Below, piece after piece: positions 27,915 through 39,255 of a stretch of DNA of 64,000 nucleotides. The notes beneath the pieces are model-generated. The model saw nothing but the letters and a program-made list of their open reading frames with translations. It made no database searches and had not been told where the DNA came from. Positions within the stretch are counted from its first letter, which is position 1; each line of letters starts with the position of its first letter. The DNA lies in assembly GCA_043228905.1 (NCBI GenBank), contig JBHGNT010000086.1:1-64000 (forward strand), in the 5' to 3' direction. Origin of the DNA: Azolla caroliniana (Eukaryota > Plantae > Polypodiophyta). The translations under genes were made by a program, and so were the position numbers.

Positions 27915-28240
27915 TATGTTACATATGCATATGATGTCAATACCTCCATTACCATGTATTTGATATGCAATTTGTGTCGTATGCGTAAGAGGTCAATACC
28001 TCGATTGTGTATTACATTCACGTACATATGTTATGTATGCATATGAGGTCAATACCTCGATTGCGTATTATGTTCACGTACATATGTTATGTATGCGAAT
28101 GATGTTAATACCTCAATTATCATATGTTAGATATGCGATCTATGTCGTATGCGTAAGAGGTCAATACCTCAATTGCGTATTACGTTCACCCTTATCTTTG
28201 GATGTTACTTGTGCATAGAGGCTATATGCCTCGATTACGT
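27915..28240 (+). repeat. Minisatellite, about 6 units of 56-60 bp, core GAGGTCAATACCTC
   Basis: Core near 27932, 27989, 28045, 28101, 28158 and 28218. Confidence 0.8.
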
Positions 28241-28689
28241 ATTAGATTCTCAATTACATCATTTGTTGGTTATGTTTTGTTAACGATCTTTGATATATAC
28301 ATATGTAATCACATGTATATGTATTTAATTGTATAGATGTCACAAACATATATGTGTGTATATTAGGAATTTGTTACGTTATGTTAATTGATTGATGGTT
28401 GTCTTTAGGGTTTAGGATATTGTGGTCATCCTCACATTTTTGTGAGAATGGTGAAGTCACTATCCTTTTTTAACAAACTTTTTTTGTTATCCCCCTTGGT
28501 CACCTCGATTTTGCTACACGTTAGAATGAAAGAAGCATAGCCACAATGATGTTGTGAGTGTAAGAGCTTGACCCACTTTATGCGAGGTCGCCCTTATGAA
28601 ACAAGTATCGAAAATTCCGCACTCGTTACATGATTACGATGCCACCATGAGAACATCATTATGAAAAGCATTCATAATGGAGGAACCAT

Positions 28690-28818
28690 GTGATGGGCCA
28701 CGTGGGCCTACTACGAAAAAAAGGCTAGTGTTGGCTTTGCCAGGAATAGTACTGAGACAGAGAGGAAAATAGTACTAAGAGATGAATATTCATACTAAGA
28801 GGAAAAGAGGGTATAGAA

Positions 28819-28865
<47 letters not shown>

Positions 28866-29540
28866 GACAACGATATATTATGTGACAGAATATACAAGGA
28901 TGGCTAGGAGGCTTAAAATTGGCGTTGAACCGATTTGGTTCGAAATAATGCCTTGTGCCTCCTTTTATAGTGTTCTCAGGAGTACTCCTAAAGTTTCTAG
29001 AATGTTCCAGAGAAATCTGGAATATACATCAATTTTCTATAGTAAAACTTAAATGAAAATAATATTTTTAATATTACAACATATAGTTTAATGGTCAAAA
29101 GCTCGACCCATGTAACATAAGGTCATGGGTTTGAGTCTTGTTATATCATGATAGGCTTGACTATTAGGTTGCTCCTTATGGTATGCCATTGTAATGATGA
29201 GACTTGAGGTTGGGTAACATACCAACATAGTTTTCTAGTTAACGAGGGGGAATAAGGATACTACACACATATTTTTTCTTTAAAAAAAACATATATGTGC
29301 AAATGCCTTCATATATCTCTCATATGTATAAACATTAAATATTCAATAGGGGCAAGCCATATGGTTAACTGAAGTGTTTAATGGCTTTGTTCTCGAGGTC
29401 TTATGTTCAAATATGACCAAGACTATATAACATTATTGATGCATATCACTATAAAACATGTTTAGACTTTAGGTCTAAGTGCACTGCAGGGTCCTCGTAA
29501 TAGGACTTAAAGAGCCGAAACCACATGGGTGGGCACAAAG
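28690..29540 (-). mobile_element. LTR-like remnant (boundaries uncertain) with a tRNA-like cassette at about 29077-29148 (+)
   Basis: Minus-strand CTATAAAAGGAG (about 28959-28970) followed by (CT)n. On +, TAGTTTAATGG (29084) ... GGTC ATGGG TTTGAGT CTTGT. No TSD found. Confidence 0.4.
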
Positions 29541-29854
29541 ACGTAGTTTATTGTTAACATTTTTCATTAAACTATTCATGATACAAACAAACATGGTTGA
29601 GTCTCTGGGATTGCCATGTAAAAATTGATATAGAGATAAGGGAAAGACATTCGTTTGTCACTGCCATGGTTTTTAAAACATCTTTGTGTTACCATAGTTA
29701 CCTGATCTTGAACCTCATCTCATACCTCCAGAGGGGTATTGATGTGAGATCATGATATCGATGGCTGTTTGTCCATGATATGTTTACATCGTGGCGTTGT
29801 GTTATGGCTATTTATCTGACCCTATCCTATTTCTTTGCCAAATGTTATATTCTT

Positions 29855-32800
29855 ATGGCTCATAATAATGACCCGCTAATATCCTCCCAAGTGGAGGCAA
29901 TTCAAGGAACTCTTGGGGCAATCCAAATTGAGCATATTTTTTACAAATACAAAATTTCCCTAATTCTACCTTGAATGAGATTTCCGAACTTCAATAATGT
30001 CATGGTGATCTAGAAGCACAGGTCATTAGCATGCAATGCGATACTCATAAACTAGATGAATGTCAAGGTGAACCATCGTTTGTCATCAAGCCATTTATGG
30101 GGGAAAAAAAGGGAAGAACCGAAGAAGCAATCTGCACATGGGTTGGCTAATGGGAGTCTCCTTTTGAGCTCTATCCCAAGCCAGATAGTACGAAGATTGC
30201 ATATGTTGGTCGAGAACTAGGGGGTAAGGCCGCCGTCTAGTGGCGTGGGCTCCGAATTATGGGGAAATTGCCAGATACCTGGACAGACTTTGTCACGATT
30301 TTGGAGGGTCAATTTTTGGAACCTCCATCTCAGACCGAGGCAACACAAGCCTTAATGAACCTCTCTATCCAGAAATGTTCCTCACTAGAAGATTATGTTC
30401 ACCATACTAGAACCCAAATCCAAAAATCGGGTCTAGAAGGTGACAATTGGTTAATAGCTTGTTTTGTCAATGGCATCTCCAATTCGGACTATCATTAGAT
30501 AGTGCACGACAAGGATCCAAAATCCTTCGAAGAGGCCATTGAAATAGTTTTTTGTTATCAACACACTTTGAAGAAGGACCATAACAAACCCCAAGTGCCT
30601 ACGACTAAGTAGTCGCAATTTGCTAGAAAACGCAATACACCCAACGAATTCATGGATTGGGATTATAAGCGACAAAGTCCTTTTTGCGTGTTTTGAAAAA
30701 AGAAGGGTCACACAAAAGAGCAATGTCGGAAGCTCCAATGAAAAGAGCACAACAAGAACAACAAAGTTGCAGACCATAAAGGTTAGACTCTTGATGTCCT
30801 TGAGGCCTATACACATCATTTAAGTAGTTGTAAATGTTCTTTCCCTCACTATGTATTGGGACCCAATGATTTACTACGTGCAAATGGGTATATCAATGGA
30901 TCTCCAGTACAGTTCTTATTTGATTCGGGAAGCTCACATAACTTTGTGAATGATCGTTTGGTTCAGATATGGGGAATCCAACCCACCGTAAGTGATGACA
31001 CCTATAAGGTGCCCTTGGCTGATGGAAGAGTTCAATACATCAACAGGGCGATTCATTCATTGGCCATTAGCATTGATACTTATGTAGAACAAGTAGATTT
31101 CCATGTAATGAATCTTTCTACCATTGATGTAATATTAGGTTAGCCATGGTTTTTTAATAAAAACTCTTCTTTATCTATTGATTGGGTTCACCATTCAATA
31201 TCTTTTACATTGAATGATTGTACTCATTTTATTGAATGTGTAAGAAAACAATCGAGTCTTTCAATTCCTCTCCATCAGTATTTGAGTTGTCTTGTTTTAC
31301 TTTATGTTAATGTGTTCTTAATTCGGACATTCACATTTATATTATCAATAGCGTCCCGAATCATTTATCTTATTTTGAACAACAACTACTCAATGAAATC
31401 TTAAATGATTTTCGTTGTGTTTTTCCAATTGAACTACCACATGGGTTACCACCTAAACATAATATGGACCATCGTATAGATCTTTTAGCTGAGGTTGCAC
31501 CAATAAGTATACCTCCATATCGCTTAAGTAGATCCAAAGAGGATGAGGTATCTAAGCAACTTAAGGAATATTTACGAATGGGTTATATATGTTATAGTAA
31601 ATCTTCATGGGGGTGCACCGGTTCTCTTGGTAAAAAAGAAAGAGGGCACATGGTGTATGTGTATTAATTACCGACACTTGAATAAAGTGACGATCAAGAT
31701 TTCATATCCATTGCCATGGGTTGATGATCTGATTGACTGTCTCTAGGGAGCTCGATATTTTACAAAACTTGATTTCCATATGGGCTACCATCAAATTCAA
31801 ATAAGTACGTGTTATGGCCAGTATGAGTTTTTGGTCATGCCTTTTGGTTTGAGCAATGCTCTGGTCACATTTCAACAAGAAATGAATGACATCTTTCGAG
31901 AACAACTTGGAAAATTTGTCGTTATTTTTTTGGATGATATTCTAGTTTATAGCTGCCATACATTAGAAGAACATAGTAAACATGTCTACTTTGTTTTACA
32001 AACATTGCGCGACAAACAGTTCTATGCGAAAATCTCAAAATGTGAGTTCTTCAAGGAATCAATTACTTATCTAGGTCACGTCATAATCGAACAAGGAGTT
32101 GAAATTGATCCTTCCTGCATCGAGAAAGTCAAACTTTGGTCCACTCTTCAGAATATTCGAGAATTTCGATTATTCCTTGGTTTTGTCGGGTTTTTGCGAA
32201 AATCTCTTTGCAATTATTCCCAATTGACATTGTTGTATACTAATCTTCTGAAAGGTCAAATGCGTAAGTCTAAAAAACCTATAGTATGGAATGCTACTCT
32301 TAACCTCGCCTTTAAGGACTTGAAGGACCAGGTGCGCAAGGCTCCTTCGCTTCTCTTACCGGATCCTTCAAAACCTTTTCAAGTTGAAACCGACGCAAGT
32401 GATTATGCTATAGGTGTTGTTCTATATCAAGATGGTAAACCAATAGCATTTGAGAGTAAGAAACTTGATTCTACTGAATGTTGGTATACTGTTCAAGTAA
32501 AGGAATTATCTGCAGTTATCCATGCGCTAAATTCATGGCGTCATTATCTTTATGGAAATCGTTTTGTGGTAACTACGAACCACGAGTCCTTGAAATTTTT
32601 GTGACCAAAAAAACTTTAAGGGTCGCAAGGCACGACGGGTAGATCTCATCTAGGACTTTGATTTTTCCATACAATATCGTAAAGGTTCCATGAATACTAT
32701 CATTCATGCCCTTAGTCACATTTGTGAAGTAAACATGCTTAGCTTAACTGAAATAACATTAGATCTTTATGATCACCTTCGAGGAAAGTATCTTGATGAT

Positions 32801-33447
32801 GAATATTTTGCAAAATACTGGGCAAGAGTTGAGCCTGGAACAAATATCACCACACCCTTGAAGGAATTCTTCCACAATGCTAATGGTATGCCCTATCATA
32901 ATGGGAAGGTTTGTGTTATAGATTTGCTTAAGGTCAAAAAGAGAATTCTTTTTGAATACCATGATGCACCCTCAACATGGCACCTTGGAATAAATCGCAC
33001 ACTTGTTCTCATCTCCACTCAATTCTATTGGCCTAAGATGCGTCCTGACATACATATCTACGTGACTAAATGTCATCTTATTCAATGTCAGGTTAACAAA
33101 GTTGAGCGACTTAAAGCCGTTGGACTTTTACATCCCTTGGAAATTCCCAACAATAAGTGGGAAAGTATATCCATGGATTTTATTGTTAGCATTCCTCGCA
33201 CCCAAAAAGGCCATGATGCCATCTGGGTTGTGGTTGATAGACTAACTATAGTAAAATGGCCAAATTTATTGCAGTTACTAAAGCCACGGTAACAACTCCT
33301 GAATTGGCTTACCAATTCGTTGATGAGTTATTTCGTTTTATGGGTTACCAATGGATATTGTGAGTGATTGAGATCCAAAGATTCCTAGTGATTTTTGGAC
33401 GCAAGTCTGTAAGATGTTAGAAACTACATTGAGCATGAGCTCCACGG
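29855..33447 (+). mobile_element. Decayed Ty3/gypsy (chromovirus-like) gag-pol, truncated in integrase by LTR A
   Basis: Protease FLFDSGSSHNF, RT VMPFGL/FLDDIL, RNase H ETDASDYAIG, integrase H-H-C-C and SMDF; many stops and frameshifts; ends at TTLSMSST just before the expected HPQ motif. Confidence 0.9.
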
Positions 33448-34108
33448 TGTCGTGAAGAAAACCGTCCCCAGGCGCAAACCGTGTAGAGCGTGTGTGAACC
33501 GGCCCTTACACGTGGGCACGCCCCTTGTTGTATAGTAGATAGGTAGGCACAAAAGTCGAATCCTAGGTAGCAATATTCTATAGAGAGAATTAATGTGATG
33601 TAAACGGATGAAACGGTCTCCCTCCTTGAGCTATAAAAGAGAGGGAGACGGGGGGAGAAGGTATCACGCGCTAGAGGGGACGAAGTGCTGTCGGACTGGG
33701 ACCAAGCTCTTCTTCTCTGTCGTTCTCCATAGCTTTCTTTTGCGCAGGTTCTTAGGAGGCTGATTCTGCTCCGTGGAACGCCCGTGTGCTTCCGGCAGAA
33801 TCTCCATCTTGCTCCCCTGTGTGCGTGGGTGATTAGGCGTCGACATCCATCTTGCCGACCTGATCGGCAATAACCGTTCGAGTCGTTTGCATACATACAA
33901 ATACATACATATATTTATATACATACACTAGTGTTCTCAACTTGTGTCTCCTGTGTTGTTGGGCCGCGTCCCCGTGCGCTTCTTTGTCTATACGTGTGTG
34001 AGCGTCTCTCTCTCTCTCTCTCTCTCTCTCCCGTTTCTCACCTATTCCTCGGTCCAAGACCCCAGTGGTCCCGCCTTGTTCTCCACGCACGTGCGTAACA
34101 ATGCGACA
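33448..34108 (+). mobile_element. LTR A (661 bp), 5' LTR of Trp-primed gypsy element A
   Basis: TGTCGTGAAG...TGCGACA, TATAAAAGAG near 33632; followed by a Trp PBS and a gag start MASAVDRIVSAR similar to KAVDRVVELE in element B. Confidence 0.88.
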
Positions 34109-34112
34109 TCTT

Positions 34113-34130
34113 TGGTGAACCCGACGTGAA
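34113..34130 (+). promoter_or_regulatory. PBS of element A, complementary to tRNA-Trp
   Basis: TGGTGAACCCGACGTGAA is the reverse complement of the plant cytosolic tRNA-Trp 3' end (TTCACGTCGGGTTCACCA, from memory); 4 nt from the LTR. Confidence 0.85.
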
Positions 34131-34214
34131 CATGCGGCAGAGGAGTGGAAGATGAGGGGGTCGGACCTCGCAGAAGCCATGGCTTCGGCTGTGGACCGTA
34201 TAGTGAGTGCGCGC

Positions 34215-35315
34215 TGTCGTGAAGATTTTCGGCAATAGTGTGAAAATCCCATAAAACGTACAAAATCGAGTATGAATCACGTAATACAATAATTGTGAAG
34301 ATAACATTTTTAATATCTAAGTACAAAATGATCGAGGTTTCGAATGCACTTTATTACACAAGAAATAGACAACTAAATGTCAAGATATGAGGGTATAAAG
34401 TTTGTGAAAAGAAAAGAGAAAATTGTGAGATATCCCACATAGGCACGACAAATACGGCTCTCATCATATATAAGGTGGAGCAAAAGATATTATCTTTGTG
34501 TCTATGTGTGGAGCATAAAGAGTTCAAGGTAACTTGAACTTAGAGTGGAGGTGGCTAGCTACTCGAAAAGGGTTTTGGCCAACCAAAACCGGACCGGCGA
34601 TGGAGCCGGTGATCCGACGGCATCCGACGGCAATCCGGCGGCAACATGCGGCGTCGGTATCCGGGGTCGGCGTCGGCATCCGACGGCGGCACTGGCATCC
34701 GGTGTCGGCGTCGGCATCCGGCGGCGACACCGGTATCCAATGGCGGCACCAGTATTCGGCGACGGGATCCGACGATGGTATCCGGCGAACCGGCGACTAG
34801 ATAAAATAAATATATAAAAATATATACATATTTACATATACAAGGAGGGCAAGTATAGATTCGAACCTTGCACCTCCAAGTTAGAAGTCAAATGGCTTAC
34901 CATTAAGCCATGGTATTTAGTTGAAATTATATTTCTATCATTGTACTTTTACATGTAAATTCTCATCCATGAGAGCTAAAATGGGTGACATGGTTAGCAT
35001 GCACCACATGTAATACTTAAGTGCCAAATGGCAAACATGCAATTTATGCATGTCTTGTACCCTCACATGTATCATATGCATGAGAGCATCTATAAAAGAG
35101 GGAAGGGGGAGGAGAAAAACATGGGTTTTTTTTTTGTATGAAAATTAAGAGGAAGAAATTCGTTATCAAATTGATCGTGTAATCTCAACTTCTCTCTTTC
35201 CCAATCTATCTTAAGTTCTTTCTCGCCAAAGCTTGTATCGACTCTAAATCCTTCTGGTCCAGAACCCCGGCGGTTCCGCCTCACGATCCGCTCGTAGTGA
35301 CGGATCTTCACGACA
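34215..35315 (+). mobile_element. LTR B (1101 bp), 5' LTR of Trp-primed gypsy element B, nested in the gag start of A
   Basis: Perfect 12-bp terminal inverted repeat TGTCGTGAAGAT/ATCTTCACGACA; GC-rich GGCATCCG(A/G)CGGC repeats at about 34595-34797; TATAAAAGAGGG at 35091. Confidence 0.9.
34848..34917 (-). other. tRNA-like cassette (Arg-UCU-like loop) in LTR B U3, antisense to the LTR
   Basis: Minus strand TGGCTTAATGGTAAGCC (A box, perfect D stem GCTT/AAGC), TGA-CTTCTAA loop, GGTTCGAATCT (B box); other stems degenerate. Confidence 0.65.
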
Positions 35316-35323
35316 TAATTAAG

Positions 35324-35341
35324 TGGTGAACCCGACGTGAA
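35324..35341 (+). promoter_or_regulatory. PBS of element B (tRNA-Trp)
   Basis: TGGTGAACCCGACGTGAA, identical to 34113-34130, 8 nt after LTR B. Confidence 0.85.
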
Positions 35342-35376
35342 CGAGGCGGTAGGAAGGATCAAGTCGAGATTAATAC

Positions 35377-37581
35377 TTGGAGATGGCGTCCTCAAGCAAC
35401 CAAGCAGGAGAGCTCGAAAGGATGATGCTAATCGTCGAGCAAATGATGAGATCTCAGGACAACGACGCGAGCGTGGAGAAGGCTGTCGATCGTGTCGTAG
35501 AGCTCGAGGGCCAATTCGATGGAAGGAACGTTACGAAGTTCCTTGATGCATATAAGAGGGAGATGAATCAAAGGGACGTGTCCGAGGCACGTCAAATCGC
35601 AAGCTTCAAGAGAGTTGTCGCCAACAACATCCAAAGACGTGTCATCGAGCTTCAAGAAGGAAAGACAACATGGTCTGAGTTCGAGAAAACGATACTAGCG
35701 GAGTTTGTGACTGAAGACTCAACGAGGATGACTCGACATGCCCTGATGAAGTGGATAGAGAAGAAGAATAAGAAGATGAGCGTCTCGAGGGTGTACGACG
35801 AATTCGACCAGATGTTTAGTCGTCTCCCCAATACAGACCAAGTATTGCTTGAAGAGGACAAGACTTTGTACTTCTTCAAGGCCGTGGACATAAAGGATAG
35901 ACGGGAGTTGGGGACTCTTCTCGAAGATGATACCCAAGCAAATGGGCTCGTAGCGGACTGGATCGCGGTGAAACGGGCATGCAATAGGCTCGACAAGCGT
36001 CGCCAATGGGTTCATGACACCGACTTGATGGGACCGACTACCACGGAGAAAGCAAGACCGCCGAAAGTAGCTGAGCCGCCGAGACAAAGTAACGTGGAAG
36101 AAAAGAAGATTGATGACAACATCATTGAAGAGCTAGCGAAGAAGTTCGAGAAGGTCACGCTAGCCAACATGAATCGTCGGGGCCCTAAAGGAAAAGAACC
36201 CTTTAGATGCGTGTGGTGCGATAGCATGGACCACATGAGAAGGGATTGTGCGAGCCTTCGAGAGGCGATTCGACAAAATATCGTATACATAGAGGACAAC
36301 ATGATCTGCTCAAGCGAGACTAGAAGACCCCTACGGGTGAATTTCGGAAGAGGAGGAATGAAGAAATCTATGGAGGATGCCGATGTGACTCATGTGGATG
36401 CGATGCACTATGCTGCGTCGGCCGGAATAAGAGTCGGGAAAGACAAGACTGAAGCTGCTAGAGCGGGAGCAAAGTTTTGGACTTCCGTTCTCGAATATGA
36501 GAAGAAGGGAAAAGTCACATCGAACGAGGTAGAGCTTGCAGACCGAAGCGTGCAAAGCATAACTGGGTGGTCGGATCCGGTGGACGACAACACCATACTT
36601 GCAGAGGTGATGTGCGACAACCACGAGGTGTTCGTCGAAGAAAAGAGAAAGAGAATAGAAGAGCAAGGGCCATCAAAAAGACATGAAACAAGGAACGCGA
36701 AAAAGAAGGACGATGCGGAGACGAGTCAACCTTTACAAACGGAGGAACGAGAATCAAGCCGAAAAGGGGAGCCGAGCATACGAGTTGAAGAAACGGTTCG
36801 GCCCGTGAAGGTTGGTGTCGAAGACCCCGCTCGGAGGACAAGGACCATACCTACCTATAAGCTAAGGTCAGACATAGAGCAGACGACGGACCTAAAGAAG
36901 ATTCTCGAAGAACGAGTTCTTGATAGCCATGTAACTTTGTCCTTGAGGGAATTGCTTGGCATTACGAAGAAGGAGTTCCATGACACGATCGTGGACCTTG
37001 TAAAGAGAAAGAGACAACAATCGGACGAGGAAGAAGAGAAGCCGCAGAAAGCAAAAACGAATGCCATAACGATGGCAAGAGACGAAATCGATGAAGATAT
37101 GGTGGACAGCCACTACACTCGACCTCATTGGGCACGAGCGACAACGGAGACGCCGGTGAAGATCGGGGAGAAGAAAGAGACCGTCGTAGCCTTGATCGAC
37201 CACGGCTCGGAGATCAACCTCATGTCAACCGACTTCTACAAAAAGGGAAGATGGCCAATCAATACAAACCACGGATGGAAGATTCGCGCGGCAACAAAGT
37301 CTACGGAGGACTTGTACGGAGCTTGTCCCAATGTCAAAGTCACGATCGGGGATGTGGAGATGGATGAACACTTCTTCGTACAAGAATCGGCATCGCATCC
37401 TGTCATCCTAGGGCAACCTTATATCACATCATCTCGGATGGAGACCAAAGTGTTCGATAATGGAGCAACCTTCGCACGAATAAAGAGTCTTGACAACCAA
37501 AGATCGGTCCAATTCCTAACAGTGCGAGCCAATCATGAAAGGAATCGAGATAGTCTCGGAGGCGAATCCTCGGATTTTTAG
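35377..37581 (+). CDS. Element B Gag-protease ORF (about 732 aa; first ATG at 35383)
   Basis: Uninterrupted ORF; zinc knuckle CVWCDSMDHMRRDC; retroviral-type aspartic protease ALIDHGSEINL...VILGQP; ends SSDF-stop. Confidence 0.9.
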   Translation: MEMASSSNQAGELERMMLIVEQMMRSQDNDASVEKAVDRVVELEGQFDGRNVTKFLDAYKREMNQRDVSEARQIASFKRVVANNIQRRVIELQEGKTTWSEFEKTILAEFVTEDSTRMTRHALMKWIEKKNKKMSVSRVYDEFDQMFSRLPNTDQVLLEEDKTLYFFKAVDIKDRRELGTLLEDDTQANGLVADWIAVKRACNRLDKRRQWVHDTDLMGPTTTEKARPPKVAEPPRQSNVEEKKIDDNIIEELAKKFEKVTLANMNRRGPKGKEPFRCVWCDSMDHMRRDCASLREAIRQNIVYIEDNMICSSETRRPLRVNFGRGGMKKSMEDADVTHVDAMHYAASAGIRVGKDKTEAARAGAKFWTSVLEYEKKGKVTSNEVELADRSVQSITGWSDPVDDNTILAEVMCDNHEVFVEEKRKRIEEQGPSKRHETRNAKKKDDAETSQPLQTEERESSRKGEPSIRVEETVRPVKVGVEDPARRTRTIPTYKLRSDIEQTTDLKKILEERVLDSHVTLSLRELLGITKKEFHDTIVDLVKRKRQQSDEEEEKPQKAKTNAITMARDEIDEDMVDSHYTRPHWARATTETPVKIGEKKETVVALIDHGSEINLMSTDFYKKGRWPINTNHGWKIRAATKSTEDLYGACPNVKVTIGDVEMDEHFFVQESASHPVILGQPYITSSRMETKVFDNGATFARIKSLDNQRSVQFLTVRANHERNRDSLGGESSDF

Positions 37582-39099
37582 AGCGGACTATTGAAGCATG
37601 GGGCACAAATAGTCGGAGCAATCACAAGACCCCACAAGAAAGAAGAGCGTGTGGATTGCAAGGAGAAGCAACATGTGTCACACCTAGTGGCGCATGTAAA
37701 CTAGTACTACCCGACAAGAAGCACAAGCGCCGGATACAAGAATTCGAGAAGATGCTGAAAGAAGAGAACATAATAGAAGAAGGAGAGTTTGTGACTCATA
37801 TTATGGAAGAAGCCTCATTTAACGACACCATCGGCGAAATCGAGGACGTCGTGGACTTGAGCTATCTTCACAACCAACGTGTGATTTCGGTTAACTCCGT
37901 CAACATGTACGCTATCATCGATGAATACTGTCGTGGCATCTCGATGAAGGAAGCTGACATCAACACGAAATATAAAACAGTGGATAAGAAGATCAAGCCA
38001 GTTGCGGTTCCGCTACCGGAAGATAGCTGGCAAAAGATGAAGGAAGTCGCTAACGATCCAAGCTTAAGAGATCTGAAGAAGATAGGTCATGACTTCACCA
38101 AAGAGACGAAGGGGAAGCTACGAGTTGGAAAGGAGGATTTCCTTCTCCCTGAAGAGGAGCGAATGTTTCGCGATATGCTTGAGAGACATGGGAAGGCTTT
38201 CGCATTCTTCCCACGAGAAATCGGATGCGCCGACCCAAAGGTTATAGAGCCGATGGTGATCTTCACGGTGCCTCATGTGCCTTGGAACTTGAAACCGATA
38301 CCGGTTCCGAGAGCACACCTTCCGAAGCTGATCGAGCTCTTAAAGGAGAAGGTGAGTATGGGAATTCTAGAACCGTCGAATGCTCCTTATTCCAATAGGT
38401 GGTTCACGGTGCCGAAGAAGAATGGATCATTGCTATTCATCCAAGATCTTCAACCCGTGAACAAGGTGACAATTCGAAATGCCGGAATCGGTCCGAGCGT
38501 GGACGAATTTGCCGAAGCGTTTGCGGGCCGGTCCATCTACTCCATTGGCGATCTCTACTCCGGATATGACCAATTCCAATTGGCGATCGACAGTCGGGAC
38601 ATTACAACCATGAGGACTCCGATCGGGCTTGTGCGGATGTGTACCTTACCCCAAGGCGCAACGAACTCGGTGGCTCATATGGTGAATGCCAAGAATAAAG
38701 TCTTGAAGGATTGCATTCTGGACATCACGATGCCATTCTTGGATGATATTCCGATAAAAGGATGTTCGGATGAGGAGAAAGATGAATCGAAAGATAAGGA
38801 AGGTTGTAGAAAGTTCGTTGCGGATCATATGAAAGATTGCGAGAAGGTGCTTCAAAGGCTCGAAGATGCGAATTTGACATTTTCGGGAGAAAAATCCACA
38901 TTCGGGCAACCGGAGATCTTGGTGGTAGGTCACTTGTGTGGAGCATACGGCCGGAAGCCCTCGCCATCCAAAGTGAACGCAATCCAAGACATGAAAGAAG
39001 AATGCGAAAACCAAACGGAGGTTCGAAGGTTCCTTGGAGCGTGCGCATTTTATCATATATGGATTCCTCACTACGCTCATGTCGCCGAACCGTTATATG
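37572..39099 (+). CDS. Element B Pol (RT) in the -1 frame, truncated before RNase H and integrase
   Basis: -1 frame open from 37554; RT motifs DLYSGYDQ, LPQGATNS, FLDDIPIKG, RRFLG; homology stops after HVAEPLY. Confidence 0.9.
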
Positions 39100-39255
39100 C
39101 ATCTTGCCCCGTCTATTCTATGTTATTGTCTTATTCTTTCTCACATCCTCTTGAGCTAAGCTTCCATTTTGTGTCTTATTCTTTCTCCTCTACTCCCTAG
39201 TCCAAGACCCTCGTGGTCCCGCCCCTTCTACACGCATGCGCGTAACAACGCAACA
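39100..39255 (+). mobile_element. 3' end of an LTR-A-type LTR
   Basis: gtccaagaccctcgtggtccgcc...cacgcatgcgcgtaacaacgcaaca aligns with the LTR A end (gtccaagaccccagtggtcccgcc...cacgcacgtgcgtaacaatgcgaca). Confidence 0.8.

Noticed and set aside
33417-34817. Overlapping 60-160 aa ORFs in LTR A and LTR B
   Set aside because: By-products of GC-rich repeats and microsatellites, with no recognisable domains.
34215-35315. DNA transposon/MITE because of the 12-bp TIR
   Set aside because: It is followed by a PBS and gag, contains a TATA box and has no flanking TSD, so it is an LTR.
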